DNA of 64,000 nucleotides from a virus: positions 1-64,000 of IMG/VR virus record IMGVR_UViG_3300032241_000649. One strand, 5' to 3'. The number at the start of each line of letters is the position of its first letter. Positions within the stretch are counted from its first letter, which is position 1. The notes under the pieces are model-generated. The model was not told the DNA's origin and did not search any database. It was given only the letters and a program-made list of their open reading frames with translations. The position numbers were made by a program, and so were the translations under genes. Shown in pieces: positions 27,142 through 36,023 of this stretch.

Positions 27142-29001
27142 ATGTTTCAAGATGAGTTAGATGAATCGTACTACGCACAAGAACGAACTGAGGAGATACA
27201 GGTTAGATCTGTTCGACTCAATGCGCTCTGTCGTGTATATGAACAAGCAGACCGTGTTCTCACTGGTGATCCAGTGGTAGTAAATGTAGCAAATGACGGC
27301 CCCGCACCAGCGTGGTCCGACGGTGCAAGCATTACTATCAATGCCAGTCAGATAGGTGACATGGACTTAGAGTCATTGACTCAGGTCAATGGCCTGAACT
27401 ATCATGAGCTTGCCCATCACTTATATACTCCAAGACGAGGCACAGACCTTGTCAAATGGGTTATAGAAAATAACTACATGCAGACGTTCAATATGCTGGA
27501 GGATCAGCGTATCGAGACTTTGCTTGTAGCACGCTATCCATCTATTGCTCCATATCTAACAGCTACGTGTGCTCGTTGGCTTGCTGCATCTCCTGATGAA
27601 ATGCAAAGCAACTATGTACTCATGCGTGGTCGTAGGTATCTGCCTGTGGAATTGCGTCAAGCATTCCGTGATATGTTCAACAATAAAGAACTTATCCCAG
27701 CAATCATTGACATCGTAGATCAGTATCGTCTCTTAGCATTCCCCAAAGATTATGCTAAGGCTCGTGAACTAATCAAACGGTTCAATGATGAAGTGCTACC
27801 AAACATGCCAAAAATTCCACAAGGTGGCAATGGATGTACTAATCGTGATCCAGTAACCAAAGGTCGTCCTGAGCCAGGCAAGGCACAGGAACGTGACGCA
27901 CAGCGTGCTAATGGTATGGGCAAAGCAGAATCTGAATGGACTCCACGTAAATCTATTGAGGAGCAAACAGAAGATGCGCCCAACACAAACCCAACTGAAA
28001 ACATAACTCAAGTTATGTCAACAGAGGAGCAACTAGAGGCTCGTCAGCAATCACAACAATCTAACACAGCTGGATTAGCTGCTGGTGATGGTCACATTGC
28101 TAGTGCTGGTGGATTGCCAAACAACATCAATGACATGCTTGATAACGTCATACAGTCTGTACTAGAACGTAAAGATGTACAGCAGGACGTTAAAATCAAG
28201 CAGAAAGTAATCATTGGTGGTGATGGCAAGCATGAGGATACATTGCGTACGGGTAAGTTTGACAAAACCCCTGTACCATCTGAAGCCATGGCTAACTTTC
28301 GTAAGTTTGCTAAGGAACTAGAACGCTTGCGTGATGAGTGTGAGCCAATGTGGCATCGTGAGGAAGCGTCTGGCCGTCTCAATGTACAACGTGCATTGCG
28401 TGGCTGTGAAATTGACGAAGCCTTTGACCGCTGGGATGAAGGTAACGATGGTGCTGATATCGAAGCGGTAATCATGGTTGATCGGTCAGGCTCTATGAAT
28501 TCTGGTAAAAATGACATGCACGCTTCTATCGCTAGCTGGACTATCAAACGTGCACTAGAAAGCATCGGCGCCCCGGTGACTGTGTATGCGTTTGATGACC
28601 AAGCTGAACTAGCCTATGCTCGTACTGAACTGGCTAGCAAGACTCAATACAAATTCATCTATGGTAATGGTGGTACAAATCCGTACTCTACATTGCTAGC
28701 AGCTGAGCAGTTATTGATGTCCTCTCGTAAGAAAAATAAGATGCTGTTCATGATTACTGACGGCGCGTTTGATGCCCGCAGGAATGATGAAATTATCGCC
28801 CGCATTCAAAAGCGTGGCGTGCTAACTGCAATGACTCTTATCATGCAGGAAAGTGATCTAGAGTACTACACAGAACGTGGTACAAAACTAGAAGAGTTCC
28901 GTCATGGTATGGAAATCTTTGCTCGTATCAATTCAGCACGTGACTTGGTTCCATTTGCCAAGTCTGTAGTAGCCGGCGCTATCAAGAAGCGTGGGCGTTA
29001 A
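27142..29001 (+). CDS. VWA-domain protein with N-terminal HExxH metallopeptidase-like region (CobT/NorD-like partner)
   Basis: HELAH...LEDQRIE; MIDAS DRSGSM, GGT, ITDG. Confidence 0.85.
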   Translation: MFQDELDESYYAQERTEEIQVRSVRLNALCRVYEQADRVLTGDPVVVNVANDGPAPAWSDGASITINASQIGDMDLESLTQVNGLNYHELAHHLYTPRRGTDLVKWVIENNYMQTFNMLEDQRIETLLVARYPSIAPYLTATCARWLAASPDEMQSNYVLMRGRRYLPVELRQAFRDMFNNKELIPAIIDIVDQYRLLAFPKDYAKARELIKRFNDEVLPNMPKIPQGGNGCTNRDPVTKGRPEPGKAQERDAQRANGMGKAESEWTPRKSIEEQTEDAPNTNPTENITQVMSTEEQLEARQQSQQSNTAGLAAGDGHIASAGGLPNNINDMLDNVIQSVLERKDVQQDVKIKQKVIIGGDGKHEDTLRTGKFDKTPVPSEAMANFRKFAKELERLRDECEPMWHREEASGRLNVQRALRGCEIDEAFDRWDEGNDGADIEAVIMVDRSGSMNSGKNDMHASIASWTIKRALESIGAPVTVYAFDDQAELAYARTELASKTQYKFIYGNGGTNPYSTLLAAEQLLMSSRKKNKMLFMITDGAFDARRNDEIIARIQKRGVLTAMTLIMQESDLEYYTERGTKLEEFRHGMEIFARINSARDLVPFAKSVVAGAIKKRGR

Positions 29002-29026
29002 TCCAACACAAACAAAGGAGAGCAAA

Positions 29027-29218
29027 ATGTACAACATATTCGATAACCTTACAGAAACATTGATAGGCCCATTCAATGACTATGAATCAGCCCAAATGTT
29101 CATGCTATATGCCTCAGAAGACATGATAGATGGTGGCGCATGCCTATCCATTGAAGCTGTAACTGATCCACTTGAGTGGGTACAGGAGAATAATCTATCT
29201 ATGGCAGCATACGTATGA
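29027..29218 (+). CDS. Small hypothetical protein
   Basis: AAAGGAG RBS before MYNIFD. Confidence 0.6.
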   Translation: MYNIFDNLTETLIGPFNDYESAQMFMLYASEDMIDGGACLSIEAVTDPLEWVQENNLSMAAYV

Positions 29219-29376
29219 GTATCCAATATCTAGACCATCATCCAGTTATTACACCAATCATAGAAGGATTAAAACAACGAGAGGAGGAACGCCATCAAGC
29301 TAATAAAGATATAGTTAGAGAGCTGTTAATTAAACACGATGCAGAGGATTTAATTCCAATGCTATTGGAGGACTAA
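29215..29376 (+). CDS. Small hypothetical protein (not in track)
   Basis: ATGA/TAATG coupling; MSIQYLDHHP... Confidence 0.5.
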   Translation: MSIQYLDHHPVITPIIEGLKQREEERHQANKDIVRELLIKHDAEDLIPMLLED

Positions 29377-29558
29377 TGGCCAAAAAAAGTAAGAGTACAA
29401 CCATTGGTTATGGGAAGCACACGTTCAAAAAGAGAAAGACTAGAGCGGGTGGTTCTTGCATGAGGGTTGGTGGTAGAAATAGGATACGTAAACCCAGACT
29501 TACAGCGGGTACGTTTCCTGTAGTAACTACTTATATAAACAAACTAGAGGAAGAATAA
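29376..29558 (+). CDS. Small basic protein
   Basis: K/R-rich 60 aa; GGAGG RBS. Confidence 0.55.
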   Translation: MAKKSKSTTIGYGKHTFKKRKTRAGGSCMRVGGRNRIRKPRLTAGTFPVVTTYINKLEEE

Positions 29559-30013
29559 TGGTAAATACATTCCTGCCTTGGCCGGATATAACAAAGACAG
29601 CTAAATCCCTAGACGATAAGAGACTTGGCAAGCAACGCGTAGAAGCATTGCAGATTCTAAGGGCTAACTTGGGTCTAACTGTGGGATGGCGCAACCACCC
29701 AGCTGCAGTAATGTGGCGGGGACACGAAGGCTACCTATATATGTACACGAACGCTATGTGCATAGAGTGGAGGCAACGTGGGTTTGAAGATAACGTACAA
29801 GCAAGGCTGCAAGAAATATATGCAGAGCACGACTTACAGGGCTGGGATAAACCCTGGTGGTGGGGCATTGATGAGTTCCATAAATCGCATCGCTCTAACC
29901 TCAAGCGTAAAGATCCGGTTTGGTACCGGTTTCGTGTACGCAAAGACCTGTTATACAAATGGCCTATGCCTGATAGGTCATTCCGTGTAGTAACTAAAAA
30001 GGAGAAAAAATGA
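29558..30013 (+). CDS. Pyrimidine-dimer DNA glycosylase-like (MSMEG_6728/endonuclease V family)
   Basis: TFLP...LDDKRLGKQRVEALQIL...HPAAVMWRG...HRSNLKRKDP.WY. Confidence 0.82.
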   Translation: MVNTFLPWPDITKTAKSLDDKRLGKQRVEALQILRANLGLTVGWRNHPAAVMWRGHEGYLYMYTNAMCIEWRQRGFEDNVQARLQEIYAEHDLQGWDKPWWWGIDEFHKSHRSNLKRKDPVWYRFRVRKDLLYKWPMPDRSFRVVTKKEKK

Positions 30014-30147
30014 ATGAAGTAGTATGGCAGTCTACAATCACAGCAGATATGGTTGCAGACTTCAGTCCAGATGAACTAGACCTCATGATTGCTGACCTAA
30101 ACGATGCAGTCATGCAAACCTGTCAAGACTATGGAATGGCGGACTAA
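30010..30147 (+). CDS. Small acidic protein (not in track)
   Basis: AAGGAG RBS; MNEVVWQSTITAD... Confidence 0.5.
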   Translation: MNEVVWQSTITADMVADFSPDELDLMIADLNDAVMQTCQDYGMAD

Positions 30148-30148
30148 C

Positions 30149-30340
30149 ATGGCTAAGTATCAAGTAACCATCCACGAACATGTTATCTATGATCATTGGG
30201 TGGAAGCAAGCAGCAAAGAAGAAGCAAAAGAACTAGCTGAAGACGCCATAAGTGATGGCAACAATGCAGGTTGGAAGCTAGATGAAATGGCTGGGTGGAC
30301 TGAAGTAGGAGACATCTACCTAGATGATCAGCTGATTTGA
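30149..30340 (+). CDS. Small acidic protein (DpnD/PcfM-like pattern)
   Basis: MAKYQVTIHE....VEASSKEEAKELA. Confidence 0.55.
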   Translation: MAKYQVTIHEHVIYDHWVEASSKEEAKELAEDAISDGNNAGWKLDEMAGWTEVGDIYLDDQLI

Positions 30341-30366
30341 CTCAAAACAAACAAATCGGCTATACT
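30337..30366 (+). promoter_or_regulatory. Sigma-A-type promoter
   Basis: TTGACT-N18-TATACT; spacer begins CAAAACAAAC, a variant of the 11-mer. Confidence 0.6.
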
Positions 30367-30370
30367 GTAA

Positions 30371-30592
30371 ATGGAAAGGAAAAAGATGCCTAATGAAGAC
30401 CTATACAACCTAGAAATCAAGTTCGATGTCAACATAGCCAAATGGCGTATTGATGATCAAACTGTAGAAGACAACAGAGAGTGGGCACTATGGGTATATG
30501 ACAGGTTACAAGGCAAATGGATTGATACTTCAGAAATGAGTAGACCAGGTGAAGAAGTATCTATCGTAGAGCTTACCCAAAGGGGGGTATGA
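30371..30592 (+). CDS. Hypothetical protein
   Basis: ORF track; start probably MPNEDL. Confidence 0.55.
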   Translation: MERKKMPNEDLYNLEIKFDVNIAKWRIDDQTVEDNREWALWVYDRLQGKWIDTSEMSRPGEEVSIVELTQRGV

Positions 30593-30596
30593 TGAA

Positions 30597-30824
30597 ATGC
30601 AACTCAATATAAAGACCAAGGAGATAAAGAAGCTGGTTAGCGCGTTAGAGCAAGCCGGCTTACAAGTTTCCATAACTAATGGGAAACACCATGTTAAAGT
30701 GGTTAACCCAAGAACTAGGAATACTGTGTTCTTCGGGGCTCAGTCTCTAGGAGATCGCAGAACTGGTAAGAATATCCTACGAGATCTAAAGCACGTAGGA
30801 TTCAACAAGAATATAAAGCTCTAG
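30597..30824 (+). CDS. HicA-like (dsRBD-fold) protein
   Basis: KEIKKLVSALEQAGLQV...GKHHVKV...ILRDLKHVG. Confidence 0.6.
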   Translation: MQLNIKTKEIKKLVSALEQAGLQVSITNGKHHVKVVNPRTRNTVFFGAQSLGDRRTGKNILRDLKHVGFNKNIKL

Positions 30825-30833
30825 GAGGGCAAT

Positions 30834-31127
30834 ATGGCTACAACAGTAAAACAAACACTGACCGCAAAATTAACCAAGAACACATCTGTAGAAAAGGGTG
30901 GGGCTTGGTTACTTCACATCTGTATCCAAACTGAGGGAGCAAGTGAATGTGTAATGGATACGCACTCAGCTTGGTCTAACCCATCTGCAGCTAAGCGCTT
31001 CTTGAAGCAAGTAGTGCTTGAGAACACTCCACGTAAGTCCATCAAGATGGAGACTAAAGCTACCAATGACTTGGGTAAGCCAACTCATCTAGCAGGTGAG
31101 CTCAACTATAAGTGGGGTATTGCATAA
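30834..31127 (+). CDS. Hypothetical protein
   Basis: GGGAGGG RBS. Confidence 0.6.
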   Translation: MATTVKQTLTAKLTKNTSVEKGGAWLLHICIQTEGASECVMDTHSAWSNPSAAKRFLKQVVLENTPRKSIKMETKATNDLGKPTHLAGELNYKWGIA

Positions 31128-31253
31128 TGGATATGGAAACCGTACTACCTCGTACCTGTACTATATGTATGGGTACGGGGGTTGCCACATGGTATATAGA
31201 TGAAGAAACATTTGAAATCAAAGAATGTGACTGCCAATACAAGGAGGAAACAA

Positions 31254-31466
31254 ATGGCTAGATACTCAGTAATGTACAGTGTAGAAAAGACAGGCACATT
31301 GACGTTTACAGCGGATGATGATAGCCACGCACAAGAGCTATACGATGCTTTACTAAATGGAGACATTTATGAGGCAGATCTTGAAGACCTACAAGACAGC
31401 ACAGAAGATAATAACCAAAGCTTCTATGAACTACGTAACTCACACGGCAAGCAAATAGCAGACTAA
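31254..31466 (+). CDS. Small acidic protein, similar pattern to 30149..30340
   Basis: AAGGAGG RBS; MARYSVMYSVE...FTADDDSHAQEL. Confidence 0.55.
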   Translation: MARYSVMYSVEKTGTLTFTADDDSHAQELYDALLNGDIYEADLEDLQDSTEDNNQSFYELRNSHGKQIAD

Positions 31467-31639
31467 AGGAGAGCAACATGACACTAGCAACACTTATACT
31501 GGTAGCAACATATATAGTAGTAGACGCCATTAGAGACATACGATTAGAGCGTCGTTTGAGCGATATAGAAGACTGTGTATTCTATATCTATGAAAACCAT
31601 CCTGAGCTACTTGACCACATACGAGTAGATTAAATAGGC

Positions 31640-31686
31640 AAAGCAAAGGCCCCCGGCTCTTAATTGAGTCGGGGGCCATTTGTTTG
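31640..31686. terminator. Bidirectional terminator between convergent regions
   Basis: GGCCCCCGGCTC-TTAATT-GAGTCGGGGGCC with T-rich flanks on both strands. Confidence 0.8.
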
Positions 31687-31699
31687 TGTTGGCCGTTTT

Positions 31700-31837
31700 T
31701 TAGGCCTTGTCTTCGTCCTCTTCTAGGATCAAATCATCAATGTCCTCAAGGTCTTCGTCATCGAAGTCATACTCCTCAAAGTCATCCTCAAAGTCCTCGT
31801 CGAATAGGTCTGGATCTAGGTCTGTAAAGTCGTCCAT
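31700..31837 (-). CDS. 45 aa hyper-acidic protein (not in track)
   Basis: AAGGAG RBS; MDDFTDLDPDLFDEDFEDDFEEYDFDDEDLEDIDDLILEEDEDKA. Confidence 0.7.
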   Translation of the reverse strand: MDDFTDLDPDLFDEDFEDDFEEYDFDDEDLEDIDDLILEEDEDKA

Positions 31838-31846
31838 ATCTTCTCC

Positions 31847-33877
31847 TTAGATATTGTCCTTAATTAATTTAACCTCGCATGCATCGGTCGTGCAGTAGGC
31901 TTCACCAATGGCTTCCGAACCGAGTCCTTCATAGATACCACTGAAGTCAATTGGAAACAGTGTCATCCGTCCGTTCTCGTACTCATCTTCTGTACTTTGG
32001 GTGTATGGCATTTGTTGATAGCTATTCGGATCCATCGGTAGGAATGATACAGTCTTAAGTTGTCCATCGTACATGTGAAGTGCTGTGCCGATTGCTTTCG
32101 CTTCAGTTTCAGGATCAAAGCTGATCGTTACACTTACAGAGTTGTCAGACCAATAACGCTGTGCAGTTGCAGCAATTGCCATCTTCTCATAGATAGATAC
32201 TTCTCTTTCAGAACGTAAAGCATCACTCATAATTGGGAAATACACCACTGAAGTTGTATCAGGAGATTCAAGCGCAGGTTCAATACGATAGTTAGCCATC
32301 TTAAACAATGGAAGCATCGCATCATTATTAGAGAAGCGGATTGTACGCAAGAAGAACTTACCGCCTGGAGTCCAGTGAACTCCTGGTGACTCTCCTGCAA
32401 GAATAGAAACTGTGCCGGATGGCTTTACAGTTGTGGTCTTGATAGACTCACGAATACCTAACCATTCAGAGTAAGACTTGTCGTAAGCCTGAATAGTCTT
32501 GTAGCCCTCATCCATCCACTCACGCAGAGTTGGAAGCCCCTTACTGTCTGCAAAGTTTGCAACACCTGACATTGATGTACCGATACGGCGATTACGCTGC
32601 ATGATTGCATTTGTCTCTTCCCAGTGAGTTGGGAGAAGGGTTACAGTCTTAGCATAGAGATAAGCGAATTTGAGCGTACGCTTGTAGTCATCTAGGTCTG
32701 TATGACGATTGAGATAAGTCTCTACGAGAGTACAGCACTCCATTGATTCTAGAGACTGCTCAGCACATGGGTTGTAGCCAGCTGCACGCCAGTCTTTGTT
32801 GTTGATTGGGTCAGCTAGACGACCGTACTTACGGGTTACATCCATCCAGACCACGCCTGGCTCCCCATTACGAGAGATACCATCAATGATCTTAGAGAGA
32901 TCTGTACCTACATAAGCCTCGACTGAGTTGTTGGACATCCAACCCCAGCCAGGAGCAGCAGGGTCGTAGGAGTTACGCTCAGGAAATACCGCCGGATTCT
33001 TAAGGTTCAAAAACTCATCATCATCTAGGCGACCAATAAGCAACTCGGCAGAACGACGAACATTGCCTGACACCACGCACACCCCAATTAGGTTGCCGAT
33101 GTCTGCGATGTCCTTGCGAGTAATCTTTTCTCCTGCGCGACCGTTAAAGATCTTAGAGATGTAGTCGTGTAGCTTGATTAGGGGTTCTGCTCCGGCAGCT
33201 GTTCCTCCAAAGGTTTTGATTGGGGTTCCTGCTGGGCGGATTTCATCGTAACGAAATGCTGGAGCCTTTGTATCTGCTCGTAGGTAAGCATTGATGAGAG
33301 CCGAGGTTGATTCGACCCACCCTTCTCTGGTGTCTGGGATGACATATTCATCGCCCTTCTGTGGTTCGTAGATTGTGAAGTCTTTGTCTGCGCCCTTATC
33401 GTCAAAGCCAACTCCTACTCCCAGCATAGAGGCTTCCATAAGGAAAGCAAACGGCTTAGCCGGATCTAGCTTGGTCATAGAGCTTGTAGATACGAAAGAA
33501 CAATTTTGTAGGGCGGCTGAGTTACGCTGGGTATTAACGATGTCTGTTCCCATTACCCATAGGCCTCGACCCGGTGGTGTCCACTTCAATTCAAATAGAC
33601 GTTGGAATGCTTCCTTAGCCGAGGATTGAGCCTTGGCGTCATTCCAGGGAAGACGGTTCTGCTTGGCGTGGTCTTTTTGTAGGGAGTACATGCCGTTGAT
33701 AACACGCTCACATACCTCAACCCAAGTCTCCTTGGTTCCATCCTCTTTAAGACGAGAGTAGGTTCTTAAGAAGATAATCTCACCTACAGAGTTACCCGCT
33801 GCATCTTTATATCCCCATGGAACGGTCTTCTCTTTGTACGAGCTTACAAAATCTTCGGTGAGTTTAAAGGAAAACAA
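31847..33877 (-). CDS. nrdJ: Class II (adenosylcobalamin-dependent) ribonucleotide reductase, monomeric type
   Basis: PPGRGLW, LQNC, VVSGNVRRSAE, NPCAEQ, TTVKPSGT, C-terminal CTTDAC. Confidence 0.93.
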   Translation of the reverse strand: MFSFKLTEDFVSSYKEKTVPWGYKDAAGNSVGEIIFLRTYSRLKEDGTKETWVEVCERVINGMYSLQKDHAKQNRLPWNDAKAQSSAKEAFQRLFELKWTPPGRGLWVMGTDIVNTQRNSAALQNCSFVSTSSMTKLDPAKPFAFLMEASMLGVGVGFDDKGADKDFTIYEPQKGDEYVIPDTREGWVESTSALINAYLRADTKAPAFRYDEIRPAGTPIKTFGGTAAGAEPLIKLHDYISKIFNGRAGEKITRKDIADIGNLIGVCVVSGNVRRSAELLIGRLDDDEFLNLKNPAVFPERNSYDPAAPGWGWMSNNSVEAYVGTDLSKIIDGISRNGEPGVVWMDVTRKYGRLADPINNKDWRAAGYNPCAEQSLESMECCTLVETYLNRHTDLDDYKRTLKFAYLYAKTVTLLPTHWEETNAIMQRNRRIGTSMSGVANFADSKGLPTLREWMDEGYKTIQAYDKSYSEWLGIRESIKTTTVKPSGTVSILAGESPGVHWTPGGKFFLRTIRFSNNDAMLPLFKMANYRIEPALESPDTTSVVYFPIMSDALRSEREVSIYEKMAIAATAQRYWSDNSVSVTISFDPETEAKAIGTALHMYDGQLKTVSFLPMDPNSYQQMPYTQSTEDEYENGRMTLFPIDFSGIYEGLGSEAIGEAYCTTDACEVKLIKDNI

Positions 33878-33941
33878 AATACACTCTCATTTCTAATATG
33901 AAGTCACTGTTATCAGGTAAAGCCAGGATAGCGGGGAAGAG

Positions 33942-35438
33942 CTATCCTTCTAAGTTGTCATTGATTATTCTAGCAGATTCACCCTCGCTGAGTCCAGTTG
34001 GGAGCTCACGTAAAGTGTTTGCTTTATCACCAAAGAGGGCTGACATTACACCGCCAGAGGTTTGACGCTCTACGGTCATGCGAACAAACTCCTTGTTCTC
34101 TTCCATCTTCTTGACTTCTCCTATGATCTTAAAGAGACGGTCAATCTCTTGCCCGGTATTTGGATCCGGGTATCCACCGTTCAATTCTTCAGCAAAACGT
34201 GCAAAAGCGACCCTAGCGCCCTGCATTTCTATAATTGCGTTGAGCAAACTCTTCAGCTGGTCTTTAGTCTTAATCTCTACTGGTAGGTTAAATGAGCAGG
34301 CGCTGTTAGGAGTAAAGGCCGGGCAATTTGATGCTACGAAGCAGGTGTTGCATTGACGGAAGGAAGTCTGGGTGCTTGTAATGATTGGAACATCTGAAAT
34401 AACATCCCGTCCAAGCTCATCTTTTTCCATTACAGTCTTAGAAGTTACTCCGAAAACTGGGAGTGTGTAGGTCTCTTTAGGAGGCTTTAGCTTAAAATCT
34501 TTCCGCACCTCAACGTCCCTCTTATCAGGATCTGGACCCATCGTTTCCGCAGAACCTGGGTCATCTATATCCGCACTGTTATCAGATAACAGTGGCTCAG
34601 GAACCACTCTAAGATGAGAAGCCTTTGAATTTAGAGAATTCTCAAGCTGCAGGTATGACCAAATAGCTAGCTTAGTAACTTCATTACTATCATCATTGAG
34701 AATCTTGTCAAAGTCCAGACCAGCTTTCTGGATCACAGCTTTATACCGTGGACGAGCTTGATCCTTCATCTTCTTCTGGTAGCGAACCAGACGGGTGCCA
34801 TCCCAGACAATAGTCTCCCCTCTCATCATTGGGCTAAGCCATGAGAGAGTGCTGGCAGAAGTCAGAGGTACTGAGCGAAGGTTATCGGGCCGGGCACAGG
34901 CAATTCCATGAAATTGTACTTCAGGGAACTCCTGTAGGATAGCCCTAGAACGGGCTGCAAGGCTGGTGTCGTCCTCGATTGACTCTCCGAGGATAGCGAT
35001 GTTGGTGTAGCGCTGAGCAAGGCTGTGAAGGGCAATGTGACCCGTTTCCTGGTGCCATACTGCGGCAAATTTATCAAGCCCAAACTCTTCCCAAAAGGTG
35101 CGACGCTCATGATTGATCCAGTTCTGACCTAGAGCTTTTATATCTAGCTCTGTAGCCATGTGGATTCTATCCTCATTGAGAAGGAGCCAGTCCTGATAGT
35201 CAGCTGCGTACTCTTCCAGCTCGCGCTGTGTCAGGTTGAGGTCATTGAGCTGATGGCCGCCACCATCAACGTAGACCTTTACATCTTCAGGGAACCTCTC
35301 TGATAATAGATAGGGTTTAGATTTAGGTAGGCCACGCTTCACTAACCGGTAGTAATTTACCCCGACATGCTTTACCCCGGCGTTTACCAACAGGAGACGG
35401 TGTGATGGAACCTCTCCACCTAGGAATACTATGTTCAT
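33942..35438 (-). CDS. TGT/DpdA-like TIM-barrel protein with C-terminal Cys cluster
   Basis: VDGGG, ELDI, AVWH, FHGIA, SASTLSW resemble degenerate TGT-like motifs; CNTCFVASNCP...C. Confidence 0.45.
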   Translation of the reverse strand: MNIVFLGGEVPSHRLLLVNAGVKHVGVNYYRLVKRGLPKSKPYLLSERFPEDVKVYVDGGGHQLNDLNLTQRELEEYAADYQDWLLLNEDRIHMATELDIKALGQNWINHERRTFWEEFGLDKFAAVWHQETGHIALHSLAQRYTNIAILGESIEDDTSLAARSRAILQEFPEVQFHGIACARPDNLRSVPLTSASTLSWLSPMMRGETIVWDGTRLVRYQKKMKDQARPRYKAVIQKAGLDFDKILNDDSNEVTKLAIWSYLQLENSLNSKASHLRVVPEPLLSDNSADIDDPGSAETMGPDPDKRDVEVRKDFKLKPPKETYTLPVFGVTSKTVMEKDELGRDVISDVPIITSTQTSFRQCNTCFVASNCPAFTPNSACSFNLPVEIKTKDQLKSLLNAIIEMQGARVAFARFAEELNGGYPDPNTGQEIDRLFKIIGEVKKMEENKEFVRMTVERQTSGGVMSALFGDKANTLRELPTGLSEGESARIINDNLEG

Positions 35439-35899
35439 TCATATCTCTTAACTGAGCTACCAAGCTCTGCGTCTAGTAGGGCGAGCTTCTGGCGTTCTAC
35501 CTCGTTTACCACGTCTTCCCATGGCTTAACAACTCTCTTAGTTCTAACAAACTTAGGGGCTGCAAATAGTAGTGCTGTTACACCCATAGCTACAGCTTCA
35601 GCACAGCGATCAGCATCTGGGTCTACAAATAAATCTACCCGGCCGCCATTCATAGCTACAGAAAGCTGGCGGGAACGTAGATCTTGGCCCTCAAAGAAGT
35701 ATCTATTATCATAGACATCTCCATGTCCCATTATTAGGTGGGAGCGAAGCCAATGTTCTGTTTTAGCCTGTGATAGATCAGAGCAGATTACAACACGATA
35801 GCTGCCTGCGAGTATGCGAAATAAACGAATGCCCTCAGGGATTGGATCCCCGACCTCCGTCATAAGTACGCCTTCTAATGCAACGAGTGCTGTAGCCAT
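35435..35899 (-). CDS. HAD-fold-like protein with degenerate motif I
   Basis: ALVALEGVL, TEHWL, LFVD. Confidence 0.45.
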   Translation of the reverse strand: MATALVALEGVLMTEVGDPIPEGIRLFRILAGSYRVVICSDLSQAKTEHWLRSHLIMGHGDVYDNRYFFEGQDLRSRQLSVAMNGGRVDLFVDPDADRCAEAVAMGVTALLFAAPKFVRTKRVVKPWEDVVNEVERQKLALLDAELGSSVKRYE

Positions 35900-35912
35900 T
35901 TTATCCTCTTAG

Positions 35913-36023
35913 TTATTGGTACTTCTTCTCTGCCTTCTCCTGCTTTGCTGCACGCTTCTCTTTAAGACTCATCTTGGGCTCTTTCTTAGTATTAGCATTG
36001 CCCTTTTGTTCTTTATTTGCCAC
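35913..36023 (-). CDS. Small basic peptide (not in track)
   Basis: AGGAG RBS; MANKEQKGNANTKKEPKMSLKEKRAAKQEK... Confidence 0.5.
   Translation of the reverse strand: MANKEQKGNANTKKEPKMSLKEKRAAKQEKAEKKYQ

Larger units (their letters stand above)
20991..29013 (+). repeat. Dispersed exact 11-mer CCAACACAAAC, nine copies at ~1 kb spacing
   Basis: Starts at 20991, 22021, 23057, 23693, 24992, 26209, 27119, 27980, 29003. Confidence 0.9.

Noticed and set aside
20991-29013. PTQT as a shared protein motif
   Set aside because: The same 11 nt also occur intergenically and in another frame (NTN), so the signal is nucleotide-level.
31700-31837. Pup mimic for the proteasome-like protease
   Set aside because: No C-terminal GGE/GGQ.
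33878-33950. Cobalamin riboswitch or NrdR box upstream of nrdJ
   Set aside because: The gap is only ~65 bp, with one small hairpin and no recognisable B12 box.
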